Positions 1 to 8,756 of a stretch of DNA of 64,000 bases are shown in pieces. Position numbers and translations under genes: made by a program. Each line of letters begins with the position of its first letter. Within the stretch, counting starts at the first letter, position 1. The DNA comes from a virus (Duplodnaviria > Caudoviricetes), in IMG/VR virus record IMGVR_UViG_2600255250_000001, positions 17,742 to 81,741 of that record. One strand, 5' to 3'. The notes beneath the pieces were generated by a model, which worked only from the letters and a program-made list of their open reading frames with translations, was not told the origin of the DNA and did no database searches.

Positions 1-1
1 T

Positions 2-379
2 GAGCACACAGTCAAGCTGGCTGACTCCCTTCAGGTTCGAGCCCGAGGGCTCAAGCGAGCAGCGACGATCCACGACTTCGGTGAGGCGCTGACGAACGAC
101 ATTCCGCATCCTTACAAGAAAGATCCGGATTTTCGCGCGTACGTGAAGCTCGAAGAGCGAGTCCAACGTCACATCTTCAACGTCTTCGGCGAGCCGTGGG
201 AGAACATGGAGGCTCTCCATGAGTTTGACCGCCGTATCTGTGCCGACGAAATGGCTCAGGGCTTCAACCCTCCCTACGTCTATCCGATGGAGCCGCTCGG
301 CATCCACGTAAGCTTCTGGAGCTGGCAGACAGCAGAGCGTCATCTCACGACCCTATGCCAGGAAGTGGGGGTGCTCTAA
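2..379 (+). CDS. HD-domain 5'-deoxynucleotidase (YfbR/DatZ-like), 5'-partial
   Basis: Frame open from base 2: EHTVKLA...IHDFGEALTNDIPHPYK...D..ICADE, matching EH...HD..EA...DI..P.K pattern. Confidence 0.75.
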   Translation, partial: EHTVKLADSLQVRARGLKRAATIHDFGEALTNDIPHPYKKDPDFRAYVKLEERVQRHIFNVFGEPWENMEALHEFDRRICADEMAQGFNPPYVYPMEPLGIHVSFWSWQTAERHLTTLCQEVGVL

Positions 380-1032
380 TGGCGATGCTTCGATACAACG
401 CCGGCAAGCCGCCACTCACTCTGGTTCCGACTGCATTAATCATGACGGTCGCGGCAGGGTGGGAAGGCGACTTCTTCAGAACCCCAACACTGATGATTGA
501 GGACGTGGCTCGCGTCCTCGACTTCGGCCAGAAGAAGTATTCAGCCCACAACTGGCGGAAGGGTGGATCATGGTGCGCCGTCCTGGACTGTGCGATGCGG
601 CACATGAACAAGATCGCCCGTGGTGAGACCCACGACGACGAGAGCGGCCTGCATCACTACGCCCACGTCGGCTGCAACATCGCTTTCCTGTTGGAGTTCA
701 TCGAGCAGAAGGTCGGGGACAACGACCGACACAGGCTGGCGATCCGCAAGCCTCGTCCAGGGTTTGGCGATGAACCGTTCAACAACCTCTACAGCGAGCT
801 GTTGGCTTGGAAAGACGGTGACGACTTCGCTCTAGACAGCGCCGCCATCATCCTCGCCCGGCACTACGAGGAACTGAACCCCGGGATCGTGCCTGGGACA
901 TCCCCTCACGCCCATGTCCAGTTCCCACTACCAGTGCTGAGTATGGTCAGCGAACACGTTCTCAGAAAGTCGACCGTCGAAGCGATTACGAAAAGCATGC
1001 CGATTATCGGTGACAGGAACACAACCCTATGA
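379..1032 (+). CDS. dATP/dGTP diphosphohydrolase-domain protein (DUF5664-like)
   Basis: RYNAGKPPLTLVP, VLDFGQKKYSAHNWRKG, DDESGLHHYAHVGCNIAFL; TAATG coupling to upstream gene. Confidence 0.8.
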   Translation: MAMLRYNAGKPPLTLVPTALIMTVAAGWEGDFFRTPTLMIEDVARVLDFGQKKYSAHNWRKGGSWCAVLDCAMRHMNKIARGETHDDESGLHHYAHVGCNIAFLLEFIEQKVGDNDRHRLAIRKPRPGFGDEPFNNLYSELLAWKDGDDFALDSAAIILARHYEELNPGIVPGTSPHAHVQFPLPVLSMVSEHVLRKSTVEAITKSMPIIGDRNTTL

Positions 1033-1556
1033 CCATGAAGCAATACCTCATCTCGTCCGCTCGCACCGCAGCCGGCTCGGTCTTCACCGGTTTGGCGCCA
1101 TGGTCAGTCCTTGTGGCCGTTGTTCAGGCTCGCATCGATGCTTCCCATATGATCGACGGTGCCAAGAAGGCTCTGTTCTACGGTAAGCGCAAGCCCATCT
1201 TTCATGACCTGGTGACAGACATCATGAAGGAAGACGGTGCGATCCTCGAATATCCCGAAGGGATCGAGCCCGACCTTATCCACGCCGCCCTTGGAGTGGA
1301 CAGCGAGTCTACCGAGCTGCTGGAGGTGCTTCAGACCTACCTGGAGACCGGCGTTATCGACCGTGAGAAGTTCATGGACGAGGCCGGAGACCTCCAGTGG
1401 TACCTGGCTATGCTCTATCGCAAAATCGGAACCACGTTCGAGGAGGTTGGCGAAAGGAACATCGCCAAGCTGATGGTTCGATATCCCAACAAGTTCGACG
1501 CTGAGCTTGCGACCACTCATCGGGACGATGCCAAGGAAAGGGTCGTGTTCCAATAG
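1029..1556 (+). CDS. MazG-like nucleotide pyrophosphohydrolase
   Basis: HAALGVDSESTELLE...DEAGDLQWYLA...NIAKLMVRYP motif. Confidence 0.8.
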   Translation: MTMKQYLISSARTAAGSVFTGLAPWSVLVAVVQARIDASHMIDGAKKALFYGKRKPIFHDLVTDIMKEDGAILEYPEGIEPDLIHAALGVDSESTELLEVLQTYLETGVIDREKFMDEAGDLQWYLAMLYRKIGTTFEEVGERNIAKLMVRYPNKFDAELATTHRDDAKERVVFQ

Positions 1557-1597
1557 ACCAAGACCCACGAACCATTCTCTCGATGTCGAAACTACCT

Positions 1598-1629
1598 ACC
1601 TCTAGTGGCCAGCCACTAGAGGTTTTTTA
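1598..1629 (+). terminator. Intrinsic terminator
   Basis: ACCTCTAGTGGC-CA-GCCACTAGAGGT followed by T run. Confidence 0.7.
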
Positions 1630-1838
1630 TGCAAACTGATCTGTCGTCAGAACGTTTTCCTATTGCCGGTTACGAGGGGCTCTATGCCATCAGCCGCACC
1701 GGTCAAGTTTGGAGCTTTATCTCCAATAAATTTCTAAAATCCGGCCTTGTAGGGAAAGGTTACTCAGGAGAGTGGAAGTCATACAACGGTTGGACGCTGC
1801 CCGTCGCCGGCCTCTACGGGAAAGGAGCACAGGCATGA
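1629..1838 (+). pseudogene. NUMOD4-HNH endonuclease remnant (internal deletion)
   Basis: NUMOD4 start (IAGYEGLYAISRTGQVWS) joined to a C-terminal-like KSYNGWTL, with no HNH core. Confidence 0.6.
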
Positions 1839-4039
1839 CCATTGCAAGAAACTACGAAGCCGGTATGGGCCAGGCGGTTGCTGACCGCACCATCAATAGG
1901 CCGGGTGAGCAGTGGTCCGATGTCTCTCACCGTGTTGCCCTTGGCAACTCTCTCCTTGACCAGAAGGTCAATGACTATCCGGCTCTCTCCCACCACCTTC
2001 TACAAGCTTCCACACTCATGTCAGGTCGCCACCTCCAACACGGCGACGTAGACCAGCCAGGGCGTCCGATGGAGGTCTTCTCCAACTGCTCGACGGCCAT
2101 GCTTCGCTTTCTAAACTTCAAGCTCCTGCTGTCGGGCTCCGGGGTCGGCAGCGCATACGATGACGCCCTGATGGTCGTCGACTGGACCAAGCAGCCGAAC
2201 GTCGTTCCTGTCATCGATCCGAGCCATCCCGACGTGGCCAGCGGGCGCGTGAAGGGCTTCCTCAGCCTTCGCGATGCCATGCACCTGTATGAGGGTCGCG
2301 AGATCGTCGTGTTCCATGTGCCTGACAGCCGTGAGGGCTGGGCCAAGGGCATCGAGCAGATCGAGAAGATGGCCTACCAGGGCCTGACCGATCACATCCT
2401 CATCCTCGACTTCACCGCTGTGCGGTGCTTCGGCTCGCCCATCAAAGGCATGCAGAACCGGCCAGCCTCAGGGCCTGGCCCGTTGATGGATGCCATTGTC
2501 AACGTGGCGCGGCTCAGGGGCGCTACCATGGCGCCGTGGAAGGCCGCGATGTACGCGGACCACTTCCAGGCCGAGTGCGTCCTGGTGGGCGGCGCTCGCC
2601 GTGCAGCTCGTATCGCCACCAAGTTCTGGCGTGACAAGACGATCTTCGACTTCATCGATTTGAAGCGACCGCTGGAATTCCGCGGCAAGACCCGTGAGGA
2701 AGTGGAAGAGCTGCGGGCCACTGGGTTCTATCAGTCGCACCTCTGGTCCTCGAACAATTCCGTGGCCGTCGACCAGGAATTCTGGGACGCGCTCAACTGC
2801 CACCCGTGGATGAAGCAGGCCGACCGCATCCAAGCTCGCAAGGTCTGGAATGCCATCATGGATGCCCAGCATGGTGATGGCACCGGCGAGCCAGCGCTGC
2901 TGAACGTCCACAAGCTCACCATGAACGACACGGACATCGAGCAGTACCGCGAGCAAGCGTTCGCCGGCTCGAAGCTCTACACGCCTGACGCCGTTACCCT
3001 GGAACTGATGAAGGAGCTGACCGAGCGGGTGCTCGCCCACAGCTACCACTACATCGTCAACCCGTGCGGCGAGATCGTCCTGTTCATGCTGGGGGCCTTC
3101 TGCGTGATCGCCGACGTGGTTCCGTTCCATGCCATTGATGACGACGACGCCGAGGACTGCTTCCGGGTCGTGACCCGTGCTCTGATGCGGGTCAACACCA
3201 TGGACTCGATCTACAATCTGGAGGTGGCCCGCACCAATCGAATTGGTGTCGGCCTGACCGGTCTGCATGAGTGGATGTGGACCCGGTTCGGGTTGGGCTT
3301 CCGCGAAGCCGTGGCCTTGCCAATGACAGCCAAGGCGGCTGAGTTCTGGAACATGCTGAAGCGCTTCGGCGATGCTGTCGATGATGAAGCCAAGAGCTAT
3401 GCGAAACTGTTGGGTGTTGTCGTCCCTCACACCAACAAGACCGCGAAGCCAGCCGGCACCACCAGCAAGTTGTTCGGTCTCACCGAGGGCGTCCATCTGC
3501 CACCGATGCGGAAGTATCTCCGCTGGGTCCAGTTCCGCAACGACGACCCTTTGGTGGCCGAGTACGCCGCCAAGGGCTATCCGATCCGGCAGCTGGAAAC
3601 GTACGCCGGCACGACGATCGTTGGCTTTCCGACAGCGCCGGTCATCACGACGCTCGGCATGGGCGACAAACTGGTCACCGCTTCGGAGGCAACGCCGGCC
3701 GAGCAGTTCCGCTGGCTCCGTCTGTTGGAGCGTTACTGGCTGGGCGAGACCCGTGGCAACCAGATCAGCTACACTCTGAAGTACGATCCGACCGTGGTGT
3801 CCTTCTCGCAATTCGAGAAGGTGATGCGGGAGAACGTTCCGACCGTCAGGGCCGTGTCGGTGCTGCCGCAAATCAACTCGCTGAGCTACGAGTACACGCC
3901 AGAGGAGGAGATCTCGGAGGAGAGGTTCGCGGAGATCGTCGCTGGCATCGTGGCGATGTCCGAAGACGTGGATCGGGTCCACGTTGACTGCGAAGGCGGT
4001 AGCTGTCCAATCGACTTCTCCAAGGCCGGGGTGGTGTGA
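1835..4039 (+). CDS. nrdJ: Class II (adenosylcobalamin-dependent) ribonucleotide reductase
   Basis: FSNC, NPCGEI, KPAGTTS motifs and C-terminal CEGGSCP; AGGAG RBS before ATG 1835; no beta subunit nearby. Confidence 0.85.
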   Translation: MTIARNYEAGMGQAVADRTINRPGEQWSDVSHRVALGNSLLDQKVNDYPALSHHLLQASTLMSGRHLQHGDVDQPGRPMEVFSNCSTAMLRFLNFKLLLSGSGVGSAYDDALMVVDWTKQPNVVPVIDPSHPDVASGRVKGFLSLRDAMHLYEGREIVVFHVPDSREGWAKGIEQIEKMAYQGLTDHILILDFTAVRCFGSPIKGMQNRPASGPGPLMDAIVNVARLRGATMAPWKAAMYADHFQAECVLVGGARRAARIATKFWRDKTIFDFIDLKRPLEFRGKTREEVEELRATGFYQSHLWSSNNSVAVDQEFWDALNCHPWMKQADRIQARKVWNAIMDAQHGDGTGEPALLNVHKLTMNDTDIEQYREQAFAGSKLYTPDAVTLELMKELTERVLAHSYHYIVNPCGEIVLFMLGAFCVIADVVPFHAIDDDDAEDCFRVVTRALMRVNTMDSIYNLEVARTNRIGVGLTGLHEWMWTRFGLGFREAVALPMTAKAAEFWNMLKRFGDAVDDEAKSYAKLLGVVVPHTNKTAKPAGTTSKLFGLTEGVHLPPMRKYLRWVQFRNDDPLVAEYAAKGYPIRQLETYAGTTIVGFPTAPVITTLGMGDKLVTASEATPAEQFRWLRLLERYWLGETRGNQISYTLKYDPTVVSFSQFEKVMRENVPTVRAVSVLPQINSLSYEYTPEEEISEERFAEIVAGIVAMSEDVDRVHVDCEGGSCPIDFSKAGVV

Positions 4040-4563
4040 TGACCGAACGCTGGCTACCAGTGGTTGGTTTCGAAGGACGATACGAGGTCTCCGACCTCGG
4101 TCGCGTTCGATCTCTGGCGTTCCGCTCTAACGGCGGTGTTGGTCTGATGAAGTCGACGCCAAACTATTCTGGCTACCATGTGGTCACTCTCGGTAGGGAC
4201 AGAAAGCAGAGGAGAGTTCACGTCATGGTGCTTGAAGCCTTTGTCGGGCCTCGCCCTACAGGTATGCAGGGATGTCATGATAAAAGCGACAAGGACAACA
4301 ACCGGCTCGACAGCTTGAGATGGGACACACCGAGGGGGAATATTGCAGACCGGAGGTCCTACTCTGAAGGATCACACCCGAACTCTAAGCTATCACAAAG
4401 TGATTTTGATGATATCAGATTCAATTTGGCAATGGGTCGTGATCTGAACACCATCGCGGAGCGGTTTGGAGTTACGCGAAATAGAATTTCTCAAATTAGG
4501 AAAACAGTCTCTCCCGTAGAGGCACCCTACAGAGGTTTCGTGGGAGAGGTTGGACTGAGATGA
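4039..4563 (+). CDS. NUMOD4-HNH homing endonuclease
   Basis: WLPVVGFEGRYEVSDLGRVRS, VHVMVLEAFVGPRP, NNRLDSLRWDT. Confidence 0.85.
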   Translation: MTERWLPVVGFEGRYEVSDLGRVRSLAFRSNGGVGLMKSTPNYSGYHVVTLGRDRKQRRVHVMVLEAFVGPRPTGMQGCHDKSDKDNNRLDSLRWDTPRGNIADRRSYSEGSHPNSKLSQSDFDDIRFNLAMGRDLNTIAERFGVTRNRISQIRKTVSPVEAPYRGFVGEVGLR

Positions 4564-4593
4564 CCTAGGAAAAGGAAACGATTCCAGGACGTT

Positions 4594-4624
4594 AAGAGGG
4601 GCGCTACTGCGCCCCTTTCTTTTT
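4594..4624. terminator. Terminator at convergence of early and late transcription
   Basis: AGGGGCGC-TACT-GCGCCCCT hairpin with T run. Confidence 0.55.
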
Positions 4625-4903
4625 GTCCTTCAATTTCAGCAGTCTTGGGTCATGTGAGGCGTCGATTATGGCGATCAGACGCTTTCCGCAGGCGGATTTG
4701 ACTTTGTCGCTGCGAAGGAACTCCGCGAGCTTGTCAAAGAGCATCAGCTGGTTGATCGGGCCAGCTGGAAAAGGTCCGACCACCTCGTCGAAGCACTTGC
4801 GGATATCTGGCGGAACGTTCGGCAGCTCAATTTTGCCAGAGTCGTCGCACCCGGTCAGCGTCAGGGCCGTCAAAACAAACAGTATCTTTGTGAACGAGCG
4901 CAT
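4604..4903 (-). CDS. o-spanin (Rz1-like lipoprotein)
   Basis: Signal peptide with lipobox LTGC, Pro-rich, overlaps 3' end of i-spanin. Confidence 0.7.
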   Translation of the reverse strand: MRSFTKILFVLTALTLTGCDDSGKIELPNVPPDIRKCFDEVVGPFPAGPINQLMLFDKLAEFLRSDKVKSACGKRLIAIIDASHDPRLLKLKDKKKGAQ

Positions 4904-5138
4904 CACGGTCTTCCTTGGTCTTCTTGTCAAAAATGACGATCACTTCGGCATCCGCCACAGCTTGGCTGGAGTCGGCTTCAAGGATCGCGATGTTTGTTTG
5001 CAGGCCAATCACTTGCTGTTTGAGAGCGGCGACCTGAGCCGCCTTCTCGAACTTGACCCAGCCATAGCCGACGCCGGCGAGGAAGAGGCCCACGCAGACA
5101 GCAACCTTGAGGAGAATGAGAGACAGCCAGGCGGGCAT
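4827..5138 (-). CDS. i-spanin (Rz-like)
   Basis: N-terminal TM then coiled coil, C-terminal Cys, downstream of endolysin. Confidence 0.7.
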   Translation of the reverse strand: MPAWLSLILLKVAVCVGLFLAGVGYGWVKFEKAAQVAALKQQVIGLQTNIAILEADSSQAVADAEVIVIFDKKTKEDRDALVHKDTVCFDGPDADRVRRLWQN

Positions 5139-5236
5139 CAGAGGACGCACCATGTTAGGAGGGCAAGGAGGAGCACCAGGGTCACGACGATTTCGGTGCC
5201 ATACTCTTCAAGGAGAGCTTGAGCGATCTCTTTCAT
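5138..5236 (-). CDS. Small single-TM protein in lysis cassette (32 aa)
   Basis: MKEIAQALLEEYGTEIVVTLVLLLALLTWCVL; TGATG overlaps on both sides; below ORF-track cutoff. Confidence 0.6.
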   Translation of the reverse strand: MKEIAQALLEEYGTEIVVTLVLLLALLTWCVL

Positions 5237-5802
5237 CACAGACCACTCACGCACAGCTCGGCTTCGCCGATGCGCTGCTTGTCACCCATCCCACGACGGT
5301 TGACCAATCCCTGCACCACCTGACCGCCGGCCTTGTTGAAGGCCGTCTGGGCAACGCAGGCAGTGTTGTACTGACCAGCGGTGGCGAACCTTGCCGCGCT
5401 CGACTTGCATTGGGCGCCGACGCCAAAGTTGTAAGCACCAGAGATCAGGGATGCCTGGAGGCTGGTCGGCAGCTTGTCGAAGTTCTTGATGCACCGCGTG
5501 AGCGGCTTGTAGTAGTCGTTGACCACGCGGGCCATCAGCATGTCGTTACACTGAGCCTTGGTCTTGGTCATGCCGGCCTTGATGCCCTTGGTCTCGCCAT
5601 AACAGATGTCCCAAATCTTGGCGTACTTGTCCCAATGCGACTTCAGGACCAGGCCCTCCCACGGGATGATGAGCGCGTTGACAGCCAGCTGCACCGACGC
5701 CGGCACACTGTTGGCATAGAGGACGCCACCAATCGAGGTGGAAATCGCGAGGACGGCGGCGATGGCGCTCTTGGCGCGGCCGGATGATTTGATTTTAGCC
5801 AC
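5236..5802 (-). CDS. Endolysin, GH24 lysozyme with N-terminal SAR-like segment
   Basis: WEG-x-D-x5-ICYGET, YNFGVG, GLVNRR; Ala/Gly-rich weakly hydrophobic N-terminus. Confidence 0.88.
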   Translation of the reverse strand: MAKIKSSGRAKSAIAAVLAISTSIGGVLYANSVPASVQLAVNALIIPWEGLVLKSHWDKYAKIWDICYGETKGIKAGMTKTKAQCNDMLMARVVNDYYKPLTRCIKNFDKLPTSLQASLISGAYNFGVGAQCKSSAARFATAGQYNTACVAQTAFNKAGGQVVQGLVNRRGMGDKQRIGEAELCVSGL

Positions 5803-6037
5803 TGAGGCCTCCTGGGAGGTTCTTTTGAACGGTGATACGCGCCCAAAGGGCAGCGATGGTGACGAAGCCTGACAGGGCGCCGAAGACGCCCCGAGGGACA
5901 GGCAGTAGGTCTTCGAAGAATGGTAGAGCCACCTCCAGACCAGACAGGAAGATAGCGACGATCATCAGCCTAACGCTCCAGGCTCTCTGAAGGATTTTCA
6001 GCCAGTCAGAGCGGAGACGAGTTAGGCGAGCAAACAT
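5795..6037 (-). CDS. Putative holin (2 TM)
   Basis: 80 aa, two hydrophobic helices, directly upstream of endolysin. Confidence 0.6.
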   Translation of the reverse strand: MFARLTRLRSDWLKILQRAWSVRLMIVAIFLSGLEVALPFFEDLLPVPRGVFGALSGFVTIAALWARITVQKNLPGGLSG

Positions 6038-6039
6038 AA

Positions 6040-6417
6040 TTACATTCGGCTGATAAGATTTGCGATTACGATGGGAACGATGATCGTGATGATAGTCGAG
6101 ACCACGCCAAGAACGGCCATGATCCTGGTGACGTTGGTTGACAGAACCTCGTGCTTGTCATCGGCCTCCTCCTGCTTATTGACCAGCTTGTCGACAGACT
6201 TGGTGAAGAGGGCACTCATGGTTTCGAGTTGCCGGTTGGTTTCCTCACGCTGCTCACGAAACGAAACAGCCAGGGTGCTGTTGCGCTCCTCGACCAGAAC
6301 GAGACGCTCCATATACGAGGCCACCCGACCTACTTGGTCAGACATCGTGATAATGGAACGCTCCATCGCTTCAAACCTTGCGGGGGAGATCGTCTCGTTG
6401 AGGGAGGATTGCTGCAT
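6040..6417 (-). CDS. Coiled-coil protein with C-terminal TM (lysis-associated)
   Basis: Heptad-rich body and hydrophobic C-terminus; position upstream of holin. Confidence 0.55.
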   Translation of the reverse strand: MQQSSLNETISPARFEAMERSIITMSDQVGRVASYMERLVLVEERNSTLAVSFREQREETNRQLETMSALFTKSVDKLVNKQEEADDKHEVLSTNVTRIMAVLGVVSTIITIIVPIVIANLISRM

Positions 6418-6474
6418 GAGGAACCACCTGTTGGTCTCCTCAATATAAGACGTAGGGGAAGAGAGTTGTCGCCG

Positions 6475-6651
6475 CTACCGGTTCAGAACGATTCGAAGGG
6501 GATCAGTCTCACCAAGCGTCAGACTGTATTTTTCTCGGATCATTTCGACGAGAAATTCACTTCCGGACTTACCGGAGAGCTGAGCCAGAGCGGCGAGCTT
6601 CTGGCGGTCCAGCTCGGTGCCATAGGCAATGATGCCTTTGTGCCTGGTCAA
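6475..6651 (-). CDS. Small ribbon-helix-helix-like protein
   Basis: GIIAYGTELDRQKLAALAQLSGKSGSEFLVEMIREKY; TTG start overlaps upstream stop. Confidence 0.45.
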   Translation of the reverse strand: MTRHKGIIAYGTELDRQKLAALAQLSGKSGSEFLVEMIREKYSLTLGETDPLRIVLNR

Positions 6652-7112
6652 TTGGTTGCGCCTACAGACCAATCTGCCGACGTAGCCGAGAGCTTGAAGT
6701 AATAGGTGAGCTGTCCACCCTCTACGGTGGGGAGCACCGCGTAGATGAAGTCCTTGGCTGCGCTGTTGAAAGCAGCTCTTCCCGCTAAAGTGCCGAAGGC
6801 GTCAGGACGAAAGAGCGTCTTGGCATAGAGGCCGGCCGACAGCTCGGCGAGCAGCTGGTGCGAGAACAGAACGTTCGCAGCCTGGGCTGTCATCAGGAGA
6901 ATGTAATAGGGAACGTCGGTGAGCGTGGTGCCTGACCAAGGGGTTACCAGTTCAGCCGAGGTATCGCTTGTGACCGAAGCCAGGGCTACCGGAAATTCAC
7001 CGTCGATAAACAGGATGCCGCCGGAAATTCTCGCGACTTCCCACAAGGTGCCTTCACCAGAAACAGTCGCATCGCCGTTGATAGTTGAGATCGTGCCAGT
7101 CGGGTAAAACAT
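6648..7112 (-). CDS. Tail fibre N-terminal-like/adaptor protein
   Basis: YPTGTISTINGDATVSGEGTLW resembles tail-fibre anchors; follows tail tip genes. Confidence 0.5.
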   Translation of the reverse strand: MFYPTGTISTINGDATVSGEGTLWEVARISGGILFIDGEFPVALASVTSDTSAELVTPWSGTTLTDVPYYILLMTAQAANVLFSHQLLAELSAGLYAKTLFRPDAFGTLAGRAAFNSAAKDFIYAVLPTVEGGQLTYYFKLSATSADWSVGATN

Positions 7113-7142
7113 GGGAGTTATATGGTGTTCCTGGCTTGCTGG

Positions 7143-8756
7143 TTAAAGGCTCTGTGGTATGCCGAAGATGTAATAGCGCACGCCCTTCAACTGAGCGTCG
7201 TAAGAGTCGAAGGAACTGTCAGTGCTTCGGGCCGTGTATGGGTTGTTTCCTGAGGCGTAGATGTCCACTTGCGTGGTGCTGACTATGTTGGCCCATGTCG
7301 AAAATCCACACGACACGCCAGACGATGATCCAGCATTTACAAAGACCCCATGCTCGCTCCAGATGGCTCCGGGTTCATTAGCTGCCGCTTCGTTATCCGG
7401 CAGATTGTAGATCGCCCCAAGCTTAGGGAACAGGAGCAGACCGTCAGGGTTGGGAACCGTGACGCTGGTCATCCGTTCGCCCTTGAACAGATCGCTGCCC
7501 GACAAATCGGTTGGGAAGTCCCCGCTCCAATCCAGAAATCCCTCTGCAAGAATTGGCAGGTAGGTCAATCGCGTGTCGAGCATGATATCGTTCATACTCG
7601 GTGCGGTGTCCGAAGAGCCAGGCCGCTTTATTTGAATATATGGGCCGGTGCTGTCGCTGCCTTTCAAAAGTATCTTGCTGCCGCCCGTCGTGTGCGCCTC
7701 ACCGGAGTCGGCGAAAATGGCGTACCGCAGCACCAGGTTATGTTGGGACTCGCTGGTGATGGTGAGCGTGTTGCCGGAAATAACGTAGGTGAAATCGAGC
7801 GACTGGCTTTCGTTCAAACTGCTGATGTATGGCGGGTGCCAGAACGTCGTTTCAGAGGACCTACGCGCGATGTAGTCCATGTAAGTTGTATCCGGCATAG
7901 GAAGCCGTGTGGTGATTGTGGCAGTGCCACCTGTCGGGACCGTGATCTCGCCCGCCGCCATGACTTTGGCCGGGATCATATCCTCGTGCAGAATGAAGCG
8001 CTTTGGGTCGGTGTCACTGAGCGAGCGCCCTGGCAACGCGATTCTTACCATGTTGGCAGTATCACCAATCCGTATTGTTTCCTGTCCAGGTACTGGGGTG
8101 GTAGCATAGTTCGGGATGGCGTCGGACATCATCGGAAGGCTGAACACCGAAACCAATGCGCGCAACACGGGATTAATGGCTCCCGAACTGGAAACAGTCG
8201 CCTGCAATGCGTGGCGCTCGCGTCCGGGGGGGCCAGTGTCGCCGGTGTCGTTAACGGTCACCGTTCGGCTTTTAAACCCACCGAAGGAGTAGACCTGGCC
8301 GCGATCTCCATCTTGACCTGTGGTCAAGTCAACGTATGGGCCTCTGAATTTATTACTCAGGAAATCGAGAGTCGTCCTAATCTCTGTCAGCGGGAAATAG
8401 GGAAGTCCGTAGTTTGCGGTGAAATACTCCTCGAAAAAATTCCACACTTGGCGTTTATTAGTCGATGTGGAGCGAAAGCTCCTGATCATTATCTGGCAGT
8501 TGTATTCGTTGCTGCCGGCGGGTAGGTAATAGAGGTTGCCGCCTATGCCGGTAGGGCTGCTTGCGTCCGGGTAGGTGGCAAAGTCCGCCTCAACAGTGAA
8601 GATATCGAGGAGGTAGCCGACCTTCTGTATTCGTGAATTGAACAGGTGTTTGCCGGTGGCAGTGTCTGGAACGGTGTCAGGATCATCAAGATCGTTCTTG
8701 AAGATTTTGAGGACCGGACCTAGCCCATCCTGGTTGCCGACGAAGAGCCGGCTCAT
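7143..8756 (-). CDS. Minor tail / putative receptor-binding protein
   Basis: 537 aa beta-rich, coupled to the J-like gene. Confidence 0.55.
   Translation of the reverse strand: MSRLFVGNQDGLGPVLKIFKNDLDDPDTVPDTATGKHLFNSRIQKVGYLLDIFTVEADFATYPDASSPTGIGGNLYYLPAGSNEYNCQIMIRSFRSTSTNKRQVWNFFEEYFTANYGLPYFPLTEIRTTLDFLSNKFRGPYVDLTTGQDGDRGQVYSFGGFKSRTVTVNDTGDTGPPGRERHALQATVSSSGAINPVLRALVSVFSLPMMSDAIPNYATTPVPGQETIRIGDTANMVRIALPGRSLSDTDPKRFILHEDMIPAKVMAAGEITVPTGGTATITTRLPMPDTTYMDYIARRSSETTFWHPPYISSLNESQSLDFTYVISGNTLTITSESQHNLVLRYAIFADSGEAHTTGGSKILLKGSDSTGPYIQIKRPGSSDTAPSMNDIMLDTRLTYLPILAEGFLDWSGDFPTDLSGSDLFKGERMTSVTVPNPDGLLLFPKLGAIYNLPDNEAAANEPGAIWSEHGVFVNAGSSSGVSCGFSTWANIVSTTQVDIYASGNNPYTARSTDSSFDSYDAQLKGVRYYIFGIPQSL

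Noticed and set aside
2468-3982. 504-aa minus-strand ORF (and similar long antisense ORFs at 18512-20365, 7350-8525, 27044-27973)
   Set aside because: Shadow frames of GC-rich, codon-biased genes on the other strand; no motifs
1835-4039. Intein or intron in RNR, terminase or primase
   Set aside because: Frames are continuous, lengths normal, no splice motifs seen
6648-8756. Diversity-generating retroelement or invertible tail-fibre cassette
   Set aside because: No reverse transcriptase, invertase or template/variable repeat pair visible
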